A stretch of DNA of 64,000 bases, taken from the NCBI GenBank assembly GCA_002104945.1, contig MCFH01000009.1:1141782-1205781 (forward strand). The letters are read 5' to 3'. Of this stretch, positions 12,482 through 26,378 are shown piece after piece; positions within the stretch are counted from its first letter, which is position 1; every line of letters begins with the position of its first letter. This stretch comes from Piromyces finnis finn (taxonomy: Eukaryota > Fungi > Neocallimastigomycota). A program made the translations under genes and the position numbers. A model generated the notes under the pieces. It was not told the origin of the DNA and made no database searches. It worked only from the letters and a program-made list of their open reading frames with translations.

Positions 12482-14486
12482 CTTTCTAATCTATAATATA
12501 GTTGTAATAAGTAATATGTAATAATACAAAAAGACTTTTTTTTTTTAACTATTTTATAATAAACTTTTTTAAAAAAAAAATTAATTATATGTAACAATAA
12601 AAATATTTTAATTATATTAAAATTTAAAATTTTAATTAATTTTTTTCTTTATAAATTTTAAAAAAAATAAATTAAAATTTAGTTATTCATTATTTTACAT
12701 TTTATTAAAGTTTTATTTGCTTTATTGAGAATAAAGCAAATAAAGCAGTAGAAAATAAAATTATATAAATAAAACAATTTTACAATCCATATCGCTTTAA
12801 CAATTATTAAATATACATATTTAACAATGGAAAATATTTTTATTACATTTAATTTTAAAAAAATACCGATTTAGTATAATACAAAATATTTTTCACTTTC
12901 TTGAATTGTTATTGTTAAAACGTTAAAGCTTCATTTACAAGAAAACTTTTAAATATTAAATAATAAAGTAATTATTTAAATTAAAAGAACCATTTATTTT
13001 TAAATCATTAAAATTATTCATCCACGTATGTTAATAAAAAATTTGAATTAGTAAAGAAATATTAAAACCTACTAAAAAAAATGATATTTGGAATTGGAAT
13101 AATTAATTATAATATTGAATACATATTATATTGGTAAATTTATAAATATTTTCAATTCATTATTATGCCTATATTACTATATTAGCAACTTCTGGTCTAA
13201 ACCCAGATTAATTAGAGCAAACAATGGAAAGGTATGAAGTACAATTCTCTAACAAGTACTAATTTTTTTAAATGAATTTCTTTGAATTTTTCCAAAGATA
13301 AAAAAAATAATAATAAATAAATTCTTCAAAACTTCGTTAAGTTATTAATAACTTTAATAACTATTATTATTATTTTTTTTTTTTTTTTATTAACTATTAT
13401 ACTGAGAAATTCCTTATCAAATAAAACAATTAGATATTTTTTCAATTATTAAGAATGTGAAAAAAAGATAGCTAGCATTTTATTTAATTATTAATTTTTT
13501 ATTAATTTTTTATTTATTTATATATATACATATATATATAGCAAGTCTTTTATAATTATAAAAGACAAAGTTTACAAAGGATTTTTTTAATACATGTTTT
13601 AAAACAATATAAAATACTGTGTTATTGTATTTTTTTTTAAAAAATCTATGTTCTGCTCTTCTTTTTTTTATCTTATTATTATTTTTTTTTTTATTATTTT
13701 TTTACAGTGAAAAATAGTGACTTCTTAATTTTTTTGTTTTGTCTTTTTTGGAAAGAATCAGGATTTTCGTATAATTTACTAATGGTGATACATTTTTTTG
13801 CAATTATTTTTGGGGGCACTATACTTTTGAATTAAAAAAAAAAAAAAAAGATATAAAAAATTTAGATATCTCTGTTTCTATCAATTACAATAATTATAAA
13901 ATTAATTTTAATCAATATTGTTAATCCTATAAAAATTTTTTTTGTTTTAATTTCTAAAATTCTAAATGTCTTAATAATAAAAAACAAATATTTTAAATAT
14001 AAAAGTTAAAATTATTTAATAAAAAAAAAATATATATACAAATATTTATTTTATTTATATATTTTTTCAAAACAAATAAGTTAAATAAATATATATATAT
14101 TTCTATTTTATTCTTTTTTCTCTATATTTCTTTTCTTTTTTATCATTAATTTCAAAATAAAATAAACAATAAGTCTTATATAAAAATATTTTATATTTTC
14201 AATAATAAACTCTTTATTTTTATTATAGGGTTTTCGGGGAATAATAGTTTGATTATATTTAAAGTTATATAAAAAAATTAATTAATGTATTTTTTGTAAT
14301 TTTTATATTTTTAATAAAAATTGTTAATTTTACTTATTATTTTTCGTGTAAATTTAATTATAAATAATTATTATAAAAAATAAAAAAAAAAAGATATTAA
14401 ATTACTGCGTTTCTATATAGACTAAGACTAGTTTATATACTAGTATTGTATAAATTAAATAGGTTGATTTCAGAACTGAGAATATT

Positions 14487-16821
14487 TTACATGTTTAAAT
14501 CTTCATCATCAATTACTTGACCACCTAATTCCATTTCATGTAAAGCCTTTCCAGCTGGAACCATTGGTAAAACATGTTCACTTTCATCAATAGTAACTTC
14601 AAATACAACTGGCTTATCTGTTTCAAGGAATTCCTTCATCATTCTTGGTAAGTCCTTCTTGTCAGTACAACGCATACCCTTTAAGTTCATAGCTTCAGCA
14701 ACCTTAACAAAGTCTGGGTTAGTCATCTTAGTACCTGAATGACGGAAGTTATAAAATAAATCTTGCCATTGCTTAACCATACCTTGGTATGAGTTATTTA
14801 AAAGTAAAACCTTAACACCAATTTGGTAGGCACCAGCAGTGGCTAATTCCATCATAGTCATTGAAAGTGATGAATCACCATCAATATCAATAACAGTCTT
14901 TTCTGGCTTAGCAATCTTAGCACCAATACATGCTGGAAGACCGTAACCCATAGTACCTAAACCACCAGAAGAAACAATGGTACGTGGGTGTCTCCAACGG
15001 TAATATTGGGCAGCCCACATTTGATGTTGACCAACACCAGTAGCAATAATAACATCTTCCTTCTTATCCTTTAATTGACGGTTAAGTTCTTCTATAACTT
15101 CTTGTGGCTTAAGTGGTTTACCTTCTTCAGATGGTTTGTAAGTAAATGGGTACTTACTCTTCCAATTTAAGATAGTATTAACCCATTCAGTTCTCTTCTT
15201 ATTCTTAATCATTGGTAACATAAGTTCAACATTTTCAGTAACATCACCAACAACAGCTTCAGTAGCCTTAACAACCTTATTGATATTCTTTGGCATAATT
15301 TCAAAGTGAATAATACCACCTCTCTTTTCTAAAGCAGCTTCCTTAGCCTTTGGAGCAAATTTAGAAACTGTACCAGTAACACGATCATCAAATCTAACAC
15401 CAAGAGCAATAACAACATCAGCCTTTTGAATAGCAAGATTGGCATATACACTACCATGCATACCAAGCATATGAAGAGCTAATGGTTTTTCTTCATCAAA
15501 AGCTCCAAGACCTTGAAGAGTAGTAGTAACTGGAATATTGGCCTTTTCAGATAATTCATTTAAAATTCTTGGACCATCTGGGTGGTTTAAGAGACCAGCA
15601 CCAGCATAAATAACAGGTCTCTTAGCATTATTAATAAGTTTAGCAGCACGTTCAATACAATTGATAGTCTTTTGATTTGGAGCTGGTAAATCTAAATTTC
15701 TAATAGATGGAATATTAACTTGCATACCATTAATTGGCTTCTTTAAAACACCAGCAGTAACATCCTTTGGTAAATCAAGTAAAACTGGACCTGGTCTTCC
15801 AGAGGTGGCAATGTGGAAAGCTTCATTAATTCTTCTTGGTAATTCACGAATATCTTTAACCATGCAGTTCCACTTAGTACAAGCTCTACTAATACCAACA
15901 ACATCAGCTTCTTGGAAAGCATCGGTACCAATAGAAGCATTTGGTACTTGACCAGAGAAAACAACCATTGGAACACCATCAGAAAGTGCATCTTGTAATG
16001 GGGTAATAATATTGGTAGCACCTGGACCTGAAGTAACAAGAGCTACACCAACGTTACCACTTTATATTTAATAAAATTATTATTCAAATAATTATTAATA
16101 TTTTTAAAAATTAATTTTAAATTTCAAAAAAAGTATAAAGATTTCTAAAGTTTTACCTTGAACGAGCATAACCTTCAGCCATATGACCTGCACCTTGTTC
16201 ATGTCTGGCTAAAACAAATTCAAATTGATCGGTTTCGTAAATAGCATCCATAATTGGAAGAATGGCACCACCTGGGTAACCAAATACATGTTTAACGTTA
16301 TGGCGCTTTAACATTTCATGTAAAATTTCACCACCAGTCATTCCGATGAATGAATTTTCATATTCTTCTTCATCTCTTTCTTGTGGAGCAACAGCAGAAG
16401 CTGTGGTAAACTTTGAGTTTTGTTGGAAATTGTTAATTTTATTATTTATTGGCTTAGCTTCAATTGGTTTAAGATTGGTGTTTAAAAATCTTTTAAATTC
16501 ATATTATTTATATATTTTAATTAATACTTTGTTTTCCAAAAATTTTACTTAAATAAATACATATTTTATTTTTCTTCATTTTAATTCATTTTTATTAAAT
16601 GAATTCTCTTTCTTTTTTTTAATCAACAATTTTAATTTTGTAAAACGCCATTTAAATGATTATTTTATAATATTAATAATAATAAAAACAATATAATATC
16701 TATACCTCTTAGCAGCCTTTACTCTGTTAATTCTTGGTAAGCTGCAAGTTGAATTTAAAGCAACACCAGTAATACTGGAAATTGGAGAAACAATAGATCT
16801 TTTAACAGTGTTAGATAACAT
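14487..16821 (-). CDS. ILV2: Acetolactate synthase catalytic subunit with N-terminal presequence; 3 exons
   Basis: Exon 1 is 16821-16706, exon 2 runs from 16489 to about 16156, and exon 3 from about 16059 to 14487. Motifs: [71 protein letters not shown], and [13 protein letters not shown]. Confidence 0.97.
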
Positions 16822-17844
16822 TTTTAATATATTGAATTTTACTATATAAAAACTAACGTAATTTAATTTTTAGTAATTTATTAAATATCTAATTCTATTT
16901 GTTTACTGAAAAAAAAAAAAAGAAAAAATACTAATAGGTAATACTTAGAAAAAAACGTTTATTTTTATTATAATAATTATAACTTTAAATATAATTTGTT
17001 AAAAAAATTGTTTTTCCCTTATATTCTACTTTATAAAAAGTGCAAAGAAAAAAAAAAATGAAAAAAATTTATATATATATATTTTTCAATTCAAGGATTT
17101 AATCAAAGATAATAAATTAATATATTATATATTAACTTCAAATATATTATCGTATTCAAATATATTTTTAAATTATATGTGAATAAATTAAAATATAATA
17201 TAATATTTTATTTATATTGAAAATCACAATTTTATCAAATATTATTCATATATATTATATATGGAAAATATATAAATATTATATATATAATAATATATTG
17301 AGTTGTAATAATTGGTATCCCCTATTTATTAAAATATATTTATAATATGAAATCAATTTAATAGTTTCCAATTGGAATATATATTTATATATTTTCAATA
17401 TATTATATTAATTATATTATACAATACAACACTATTTCTTATTTTTATATTCCATAATATATAAATTTAAATGTAACAATATTAACAATACGAAATATTA
17501 ATATATGATCAATAAAAATTGGTATATTATATTTATAAATAAATAAATAATGCAATATAATAAATTACAATACTATACAAAAAATAATAGATTTAATATA
17601 TAATATTTTATATGCTGGTAACATTAATAGCTATTTATACTTATATATATGGATATTATTCAATATTCATTATACCTAATTTGTTACTTGTAAATTAATA
17701 TTACTTCTTTAATAATTTCTCTTGTAATACTTGTATTACAACCGTAATTATAATTATGTATGCAAAAAGTCATAGATGGCATGTTTTTTTTATTATTATG
17801 GTCAATATTTTCTTAAACCTGGATGTAATTATTCATATATAGTT

Positions 17845-17931
17845 TAATACTATAATTGTTATGCTTATAATATAAAACTATAAACCTAAAACTAAAACTC
17901 AATTATTATAAGCATAACAATTATAGTATTA
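17845..17931. repeat. Perfect 28-bp inverted repeat with a 31-nt spacer
   Basis: The arm at 17845-17872 (TAATACTATAATTGTTATGCTTATAATA) is the exact reverse complement of 17904-17931. Confidence 0.9.
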
Positions 17932-20001
17932 GAGTTTTAGTTAAAATGAAAAAGTAATTGATTTAATAAAGAATTATAATGGATCTTAAAGAATAATTAA
18001 TGGCTAATGTCACGTTCTAGCATATTTATATTAAAAAAATATTTAAATATTAAGATTATTTTATATCCTTTTTTTTTCCAAAAAAAAAAAAAAAAAGGTA
18101 GTTAATAAAAACTGTTTTAATAAAGCTATTTTTAAAAAATAAAATGTTAATAATAATAAAGGTTTATTTATTACTTTTTAAAAATATATATACAAATAAA
18201 ATACTTGATTGAATAAATTAAATATATAAGTAATTATATTAATGATATTCAAAATATAGTTTAGTAAAAACGTTATAAAAACTTTTCATTTTAGTATCTG
18301 TCAAACGTCAAATAATAATAAACAATTTTAATAAATTTTATTTTCCATATTAAAAAAAGTAAAATTAAATTATATTGATATTATTAAAATTGTAAGTAAA
18401 AGAATTTTAAACATTTAAAAGTCTTTTATCCACCTAGTTTAAAATAATAATAGTTACAATTAATTATATATACTATACTATAAACAAAGACCATTTTCCT
18501 AAAATTGTTATTAATTCCGACTTTTAAATTTTTTAAATTCTATTATTAATATATAATTTTATAATATATTAAAATTAAATATTTATATGTTATGCTAATT
18601 AATGGTTTGAATTTTTTTATAACATGGGATGTATATAAAAATTAAAGATCATGAATGTTTTTTTTTCTCAGTCGTCATATTTTAATCATTAAACAATAAA
18701 ATGGTAATGAGTATCAATGAATAATATAATTAATTAGATGAAATAATGTATTTTCCATTAAAATTATTATTTATAACATTTTTTGTTTTTATAAATATAT
18801 TAGTAATTTTAATCCATACAAAACATTCAGTAGATAGGATTATTAATAACAGAAAAAAATTACTCTAACATTTTTAATTATTTTTATTTTTACTGAAAAT
18901 ATGTTTAAAAAACATTAATAGTAATTTAAAAAAAAGAAAATATAAATATTTACTTTTTTATAAAAATAAATCATAATAGATTGTAATATTATTAACTTAT
19001 TAATATAACAATTAAAAAAAAAAACAACTTTTGTATTAACAAAATAAAATTAAAGATTATTTTATTTCCTCTTTATCTAAAAACAATATGACTGTGTAAT
19101 TATAAAATACACTATTGCATTACATCTTATAAATAATTATTTATTATAAAAAAAACATTATTTTCCCTTTCAAAATATGATATATAAAAACTAAAAAAAT
19201 GTACATGTTATATTAGACATTAAAAGAAATATTTACTTAAAACCTTTTTATATTTTTATGTTTTACTTGATTTATAAAAAAAAAAAATAATTTTTTAATT
19301 TATTATTATATTACAAAGTTGTTTTTTTTTTTTTTTAATTTATTAAATGAATACTCCATCATATTTAAAACTATAACTATATATATATGCTTTTATTTGA
19401 ATAATTTTCATAAAGTATTTTATATATATAAAGTTTAATTTTTTATAAGAATACAAATTTTATATTATTATTATATTATTTATAATATATTATTTACTAA
19501 CAAAATATAATATATTGTATATAATAATAAATAAATTTATTATATTTCAACATTCTTTTTAAATAAAATTAATATTTTTGATTTGCCCAATCATAATTGA
19601 TATTATAAATCAATATTATATCCAATAAATTTTAATGTATTTTTGGTATTCTAACTTTTTTGGTCGGAATAATTAAAAAAGAAATTATTCTAAATTCCTT
19701 AAATTACATTTTATATTTTATTTTAATGTAATAATATTACGTAAATACATTATGTACATATGTTTAATAAGTTATGAAGTCTAAATTCTTTAGTAAAAAA
19801 AGATTATTATCCCTACAAAAAAAAGGATGGATTAATAAATTATATTAACATAATTGTTAATGTTCATTCCTTATTTTATTATTTTAGTTAAAAGTAATAT
19901 ACAATAAATTAATTCTCACTTATTTTGAATTTTTATTTTTTGCTCTATATTATTTCTATTTCTATCTGATTTATTTATTTATTTATTAATTGTTATTTTT
20001 T

Positions 20002-21803
20002 TTAAATTGTGGATTCACTTGGTTCTTTTGGTTCTTTTGGTTCATCAGAAAATTTTAATGAATAGGCATGAATGGTTGATCTAACTTCTTCAGATCCTGG
20101 GTCTTTTATATTAAATTAATAAATAGTTAGATTATTAATATATTATTATTTTAAAAGAATATTAATTTTTTTCATAATAAAATTGCTGCATTACCTTCTT
20201 CAAACATAACCTTCATTTTTGTATCAAACATCTTTTCAACTTTAAAATTAAATTGTTCTTGAGCAATATTAAAAAAGTTATAATCTTTTTCTGCTAACCA
20301 TGGTCTATGACTAGTATACATTACTAATACAATACCATCAGGACTTAAACATTTTTCACAAGTTTGTAACATATGAATATGCTCAGAATGATTAAATAAT
20401 AAATCAGCCATAATAATGACATCAAATTTTTGATTATTGGTAATCTTCATAAGTTCGGTAGTATCAGCTCCCCATAAATATCCCTGATATTTATAAGCAA
20501 TAATTATAAATATAAAATGATATAATTAATAATATGGTATATATAATGATGTTAATGAAATTAAAACATACAACTGCGTTAAAAACTTTCTTTTCAACTA
20601 ATTCTGGAATATTATTTATAGCATTATTTTGAATGTTTTCAATTAATTCTTTATCAGGGTAATCTGTAGATACAGAAACTTCAGCACCATTGATTGCAGC
20701 AATAAAACTTGGTAATGAAGCAGCAGCACCCAATTCCAAAATTCTTATTATTATTAGTTAATTGTAATATTAATGTCTCCGGTCTTAATAATAATTAAAA
20801 TTAATTATATAATATCTTTCATTTATAATAAAAAATAAGCCTTACCTCTTTCCTTTACAGATTTCTTTATGGGAATCAAGGTAATGAGTACAAACAACAC
20901 CAGCATTCCATAAGCAATGAGCCCATAAACTTTTTTTATTAAATTAAAAATTAAAATATTACTTTATATGAGAAGAAAATATCACTTTAATCATAAAATT
21001 AATATTTATATTTAAGTAATAAATACCTATGATGACCAATTAATTGAAAATTAATAGTTTTTATTGAACCTAATAATTTTTATATTATTTTGTTACTAAT
21101 AATTCTTATAATTATAATAAAAATTCATTTAGCATAAAAATGTTCATATAAAAATTGAAATTTACCTTCTTGAATATTTTCTGGTTTTCTTTCAAAAACG
21201 TGTTTTGATGGTGGTGGTGGTTTTTGCCTGAAATCATCAGGTTCCTGTTTAATTTATTATAATAATAAAAATATTACTAATACGTTTATTATCATTATTA
21301 TAATAAATAAATTAAGCATATATATGTTCATTATTTATTTATTTATTTATAATATTTCTAATATTATTTTTTTAAATGTATTTCATCCTTTATTAATAAT
21401 ATATATCTTTATAAAACAGAGATATAAATTTTTAGTTTAAATTGAATCCTACTTTAAATTTAATAAATTTTACATTTACAATTCTTATATCTATTCTACT
21501 TTCCAATTAAATTATTTCCTAAGTAAATTAAGTTGTATATATATAGTGAGATGTTAAAATACTAGTAAATTGTATATCTTGTATATCTTAAATAGTTATA
21601 TATATATATATTTTGGTTTTTAATTTTATCTTTTACATTATTTGATATTTTCAAAATTCAATTTAAAATTTGAAATTTATTTATAATTTACAATTATTTT
21701 AATTTCTACTAAAAAATTGTTATTAATATCAATAAAGTTGAATTAACCATTATCATACAGTAAACATTGAAAATCCATTGTCAGAATCAGAATCAGAATC
21801 CAT
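20002..21803 (-). CDS. EFM7: Protein N-terminal/lysine N-methyltransferase EFM7 (NNT1-like, METTL21 family), multi-exon
   Basis: Spliced motifs: [15 protein letters not shown]|[15 protein letters not shown]|[67 protein letters not shown]|[12 protein letters not shown]. The stop is at 20004-20002. Confidence 0.88.
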
Positions 21804-22602
21804 GTTGGTCTCTTCTATATTATTTATGATAATACGTTCACAAAAATAATTTTTAATTTTTTAATTTAAAAAAAATTAAAGTTTCTCTCGGTTTTGATTG
21901 GGTTAAAGTTCGATTTTTAATTATTATTTTCCACTACAAGAAAAATATTCAAATCAACATTTTGTTGCAAGCTTAGATATAAAATAATAAATAAATATAT
22001 AATAAATATATCTTATAAATTTTATATTAAAAGCTTTTCTTACATAAAATATGAAATTCTGAAAATAACTAATACAATCTTATAAAATAATTTATTAATT
22101 ACATTTTTAGTAATTAGCTTTATGTCTTTGATTTAACATAATCTATATCTATATTAAAATAGTATTATAAATAATATTAGCTATTTTCCTAAATGAAAGA
22201 AGTTAGATATTAATGATTATTAGTATTTAACTTTATTATCTTCTTGATTTTAAAAAAATGTTAAAAACAAATGATTATTTTATCTATTAATATTAATATA
22301 ACCTATTTTATATATTAAATAATTAATAAAGTTCATAATTAGAATATATTAATTTTTTAAATAATTTTGTGGATAAATGCATTATTATTTGTTTTTGTAA
22401 AACAATAATTTTATATTTTATTATAAATTGTTTCAATGTTAAGAATGTTAAGCACTTTTTTTTTTCTAAACTTTTTTATATTTTTATGATATAATAATTC
22501 TAATTTTTAATTTGAAATTCTATAAATTTATTTATATGTATTAATATTGTGTAATAAATAAATAAATATATATATAAGAGATCCTTTGTTACTATATATA
22601 AA

Positions 22603-23578
22603 ATGTTTAGAGTATATATATTTTTTATTTTACAATTAATAAATAACTACTAATAATAAAATAATTTGAAGTTTTAAGTAAAACATATAATTTAAATATC
22701 AAATTAAAAATAAAATATTTAAATTTATTAATTAAGAGTATAACTTTTTTTCAACATTTAAGGGCATAACAAAAACTTTGAATAAATTTCAAAAAAAAAA
22801 TGACGAAATAACCAATTCAATAACTGATTTAGAAATTTCATCATATTCAAATAATGTAAATTTTTATAAAGTGAAAAGTGAATTATTTTTATATTAAATA
22901 ATTAAATTATTAATTTTATCCAAAATTTTATGACAAATAAATATAATGCAGCCATTAAATAATTATTAATTTTATTCATATTATATTATGATATATAGGA
23001 AAATGACCTTAATACACAAGTATTTAATTCTACTAATAGTATTGCTTCAAATAGTATCAGAAATAGTCAAATAGAGTATGGAAACATAAATAAAAATCAA
23101 AATATAATATCGTCGCAAACAAAAATAAAACAAGAAATTCCTATTCAGAATTCACAAATATCTGAAAGTCAAAATAGTAACTATCGAAGAACTAGACAAA
23201 ATCCTTTAAATAATAAACACTCTTCTTCTTCATATAAACGTTCAAATACTCAAACCTCTAAATGTAACTACTTTTAATTCTTGTATTTATTTCTTTTTAT
23301 TAAGATTACCTAATAATTATAAAATAGTAAATTTAATGGTATTATAAATTACTTATTTATAAAGATAATAAACCATTTAAAATACCTTCTATTGTTGAAA
23401 AGAAACCAAATGATATTTCAAATTCACAAATTAATACAGTTAATAATCAATTAAATAAAAGATGCTATGGAAATAGAATATCAAATTCCCAATTTGGTTT
23501 CAGGAGTAGCAATATTTTTTATAATAACGAATTTAACAAAGGAAATGAGGATAATAAAATAAGTAATAATTTAAAAAA

Positions 23579-23622
<44 letters not shown>

Positions 23623-26126
23623 TCTTTTTTTATATATATAAAATTATTTATTTTGATGTATTATTTATTTTTTCATATAATGAAGATTTTAATAAAAATA
23701 GTTTTATAGGGACAAGTTCAATATCTTCAAGCAACAAAAATAGTTCAAATAGTAGTGATTCATATAAGAAATTAAAAATCCCTGGTCCTGCTGGAAGACT
23801 ACCTGTATTAGTATATATTTTAATTTTAAAATAATAATTTGTATTATTGTGGAAATAAAATAGAACATTAAATACTGATTTACATTAATAAAATTAAATA
23901 TATACCCTAGACTCCAGATGAAAGAAAAATACTATTTTACTCTCATCATATTAATGATATCATGAAAAAAAGAAATAATAATTATAGTATTGCAACCCAA
24001 TTTAAAAAAAATGCTCAATATAATAGTTTTAAAAGAGCAAAAGAAAGAGTGGATTTAGCATTAAATAAAAATGAAGTTTTTGAAAGTGGTTCTTGGGTTT
24101 TGATGCTTAGAACTCTTGACCTTAGTCAAACCAAAACTAAAATCATTGATATTGTTAAGTTACGATTTCCAATAGAAAAAATCAAAAGTATTGTCGTATT
24201 AATCAAACGTATCAAAGCAGGTGATTTGGATGTTTCTTTAATAGTACAAGATCCAACAGGTTAATATCTTATTAAAAGAAAACAAAAAATAATTAAATAT
24301 ACTAAATATAAATAAAATCATCATTATCATTATTTATTAGGTGATATGCCTGCTATAATGACAAAAGAAGCGTATGAAAAATATTTTGGCATCATGAATC
24401 AAGGAACAACATTATTATTAACAAATGTAAAATAAAATATATTATCTATAAATTAGATTAGATAGAATTTTAATATAATATCATCGTCTATACTTATATA
24501 TATTTATAATTAGGTGTCTGTTTTTGTTTTATATAAAAAGGGATCTTACTTAAATATCGGAATAAAAAATATATCGAAAATTTATACACTAGATAATATT
24601 ACTAAAGCACCAATCGTAAAGAGTTTTTATATATATTTAAAATAATCATTTAATTATTTTAAATTTCATTAAAATAAAATTAAATGTTAAATATTAAATT
24701 TAAAATTGTAATTTTATAGGTTATTGATATTGATAAAGTTAATTTATCATCAAAAGATATAGAGAAGGATATTGAGCTAGCACAGAATATATTCAAAGGA
24801 AAAAATGTAATTGATTTTTCAGATGATGATGAAGATAGTGATAATGAAAATCATTTTCACGACAATAGGAAAGGAAAAAAAATTGAAAATACAAATGAAA
24901 AAAATAATATTGATAAACAATTAGACAGATCAACAACATCAAAAACTATTGTAAAAAATTCCTTTTATGAAGATTCAGAAAAATCATTATTAATAAGCAA
25001 TAATAACGAAGAAATAAAAATACAAAGTACTCAAGTTAAAGGTTAATAAATAAATAAAAATATTGGTATTATTATTATTAGTGGTAGTAATAGTATTTTT
25101 TATTTTTTATTTAAAAATAAAACCAGTATATTTAATTACCATATTAAACAATCTAAAGTATATTTCTATATTGAATTTAACATATTTTTACTTTCATATA
25201 TTTAATAATTACTAAATGAAAAAGTAAATGAAAATCAAGAAAATGTAAATATACCTAAACAAGATAAAAAAGTTCTGGAAGACATACATATAAATAATAA
25301 CAATGTAAATACTAATAATATAAAAATAGAAAACAATGGTAATGAGCTAAATGAAATAAAAAATGAAACGAAAAACAGTAACAGTAATAATAATGAAAAT
25401 GATTTTAATGATATTTCTGACGATAATACAAATTTGGATGAGTCTGATGATAGTGATAATATTGATGATTTAATGAATGATATTAATTTTGAAAGATCAC
25501 AAGAACTATATAGTTCATTTATGAATATAAGTAATAGGAAAAGGTCAAATTCTGATTCAGAAAAGCAAGATCTTGATAAATCAAATGTCAAAAAATTAGC
25601 TGATTCCATTACAAACAGTCATACAATTGAAATTAACAAATTTCAATGCAAGAAAACTAGATTTGAGAATATTACTAAAGAAAATATATCGGCAAGTGAA
25701 TCCCTTAATAATATTAATGATAAAAATAGTGATAATATATATTCTTCTGGTTCAGCTTATTCCAGTATGTTTCAAAGAACTGAATCATTAGAAATTGAAT
25801 TGTCAACATCTAATGATAATAATATATTCAAAAAAAGTAATACTTCTTCAAGACCAACGCAAACCACAACTGACATGCATTCACAACAAAATACACATAT
25901 CAATAATATGGATGATAATGCTAATGATAATGAAATTATTCAATTAAATTCACCTATTCCAGAAAAACAAAAATCATTTAATTATAAGAATAATAATAAA
26001 ATCAATGAAGATATAAATAATTCGTTATTTTTATTAAAAAAAACACCAAAGGAGAAATCTGTTTCTGATGAAGATGAAGTTGATGAACTTGATTTATTAA
26101 TGGATGATCTTGAAAGTATTTATTAA
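22603..26126 (+). CDS. HROB: HROB/MCM8IP (C17orf53, DUF4539)-like OB-fold homologous-recombination factor, multi-exon
   Basis: KIPGPAGRLP recalls the HROB PGPAG-x-LP motif. The stretch IKSIVVLIKRIKAGDLDVSLIVQDPTG|DMPAIMTKEAYEKYFGIMNQGTTLLLTN|VSVF...YLNIGIKNISKIY matches DUF4539 (DPTGxM...GxxLLLxxVxVF...YLNxTxxNxxxIY). The start at 22603 is tentative. Confidence 0.72.
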
Positions 26127-26378
26127 ATAAAGTACACTAAAAATACTCTTAAATAAAAAAATATTAAAAATCATAAATTATTGAATCTATTTATATTGAG
26201 TTTATCAAATTATTAATCTGATATTTCATTCCAATGATATATAAGTTTTTAATAATTTTTTAATTGTTTTATTATCATATATTTTTATATTTTATTATTT
26301 AATATATTTTAAGATATTTAATTTAAAATTAATATTCTTATTGTTGTTATTTCTATTTTAAATTATTTTTACTAATAC

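Noticed and set aside
13191-13207. Short hairpins such as TCTGG-n7-CCAGA, and TCTCTAT-n8-ATAGAGA near 8075
   Set aside because: Stems of 5-7 bp are expected by chance in this composition.
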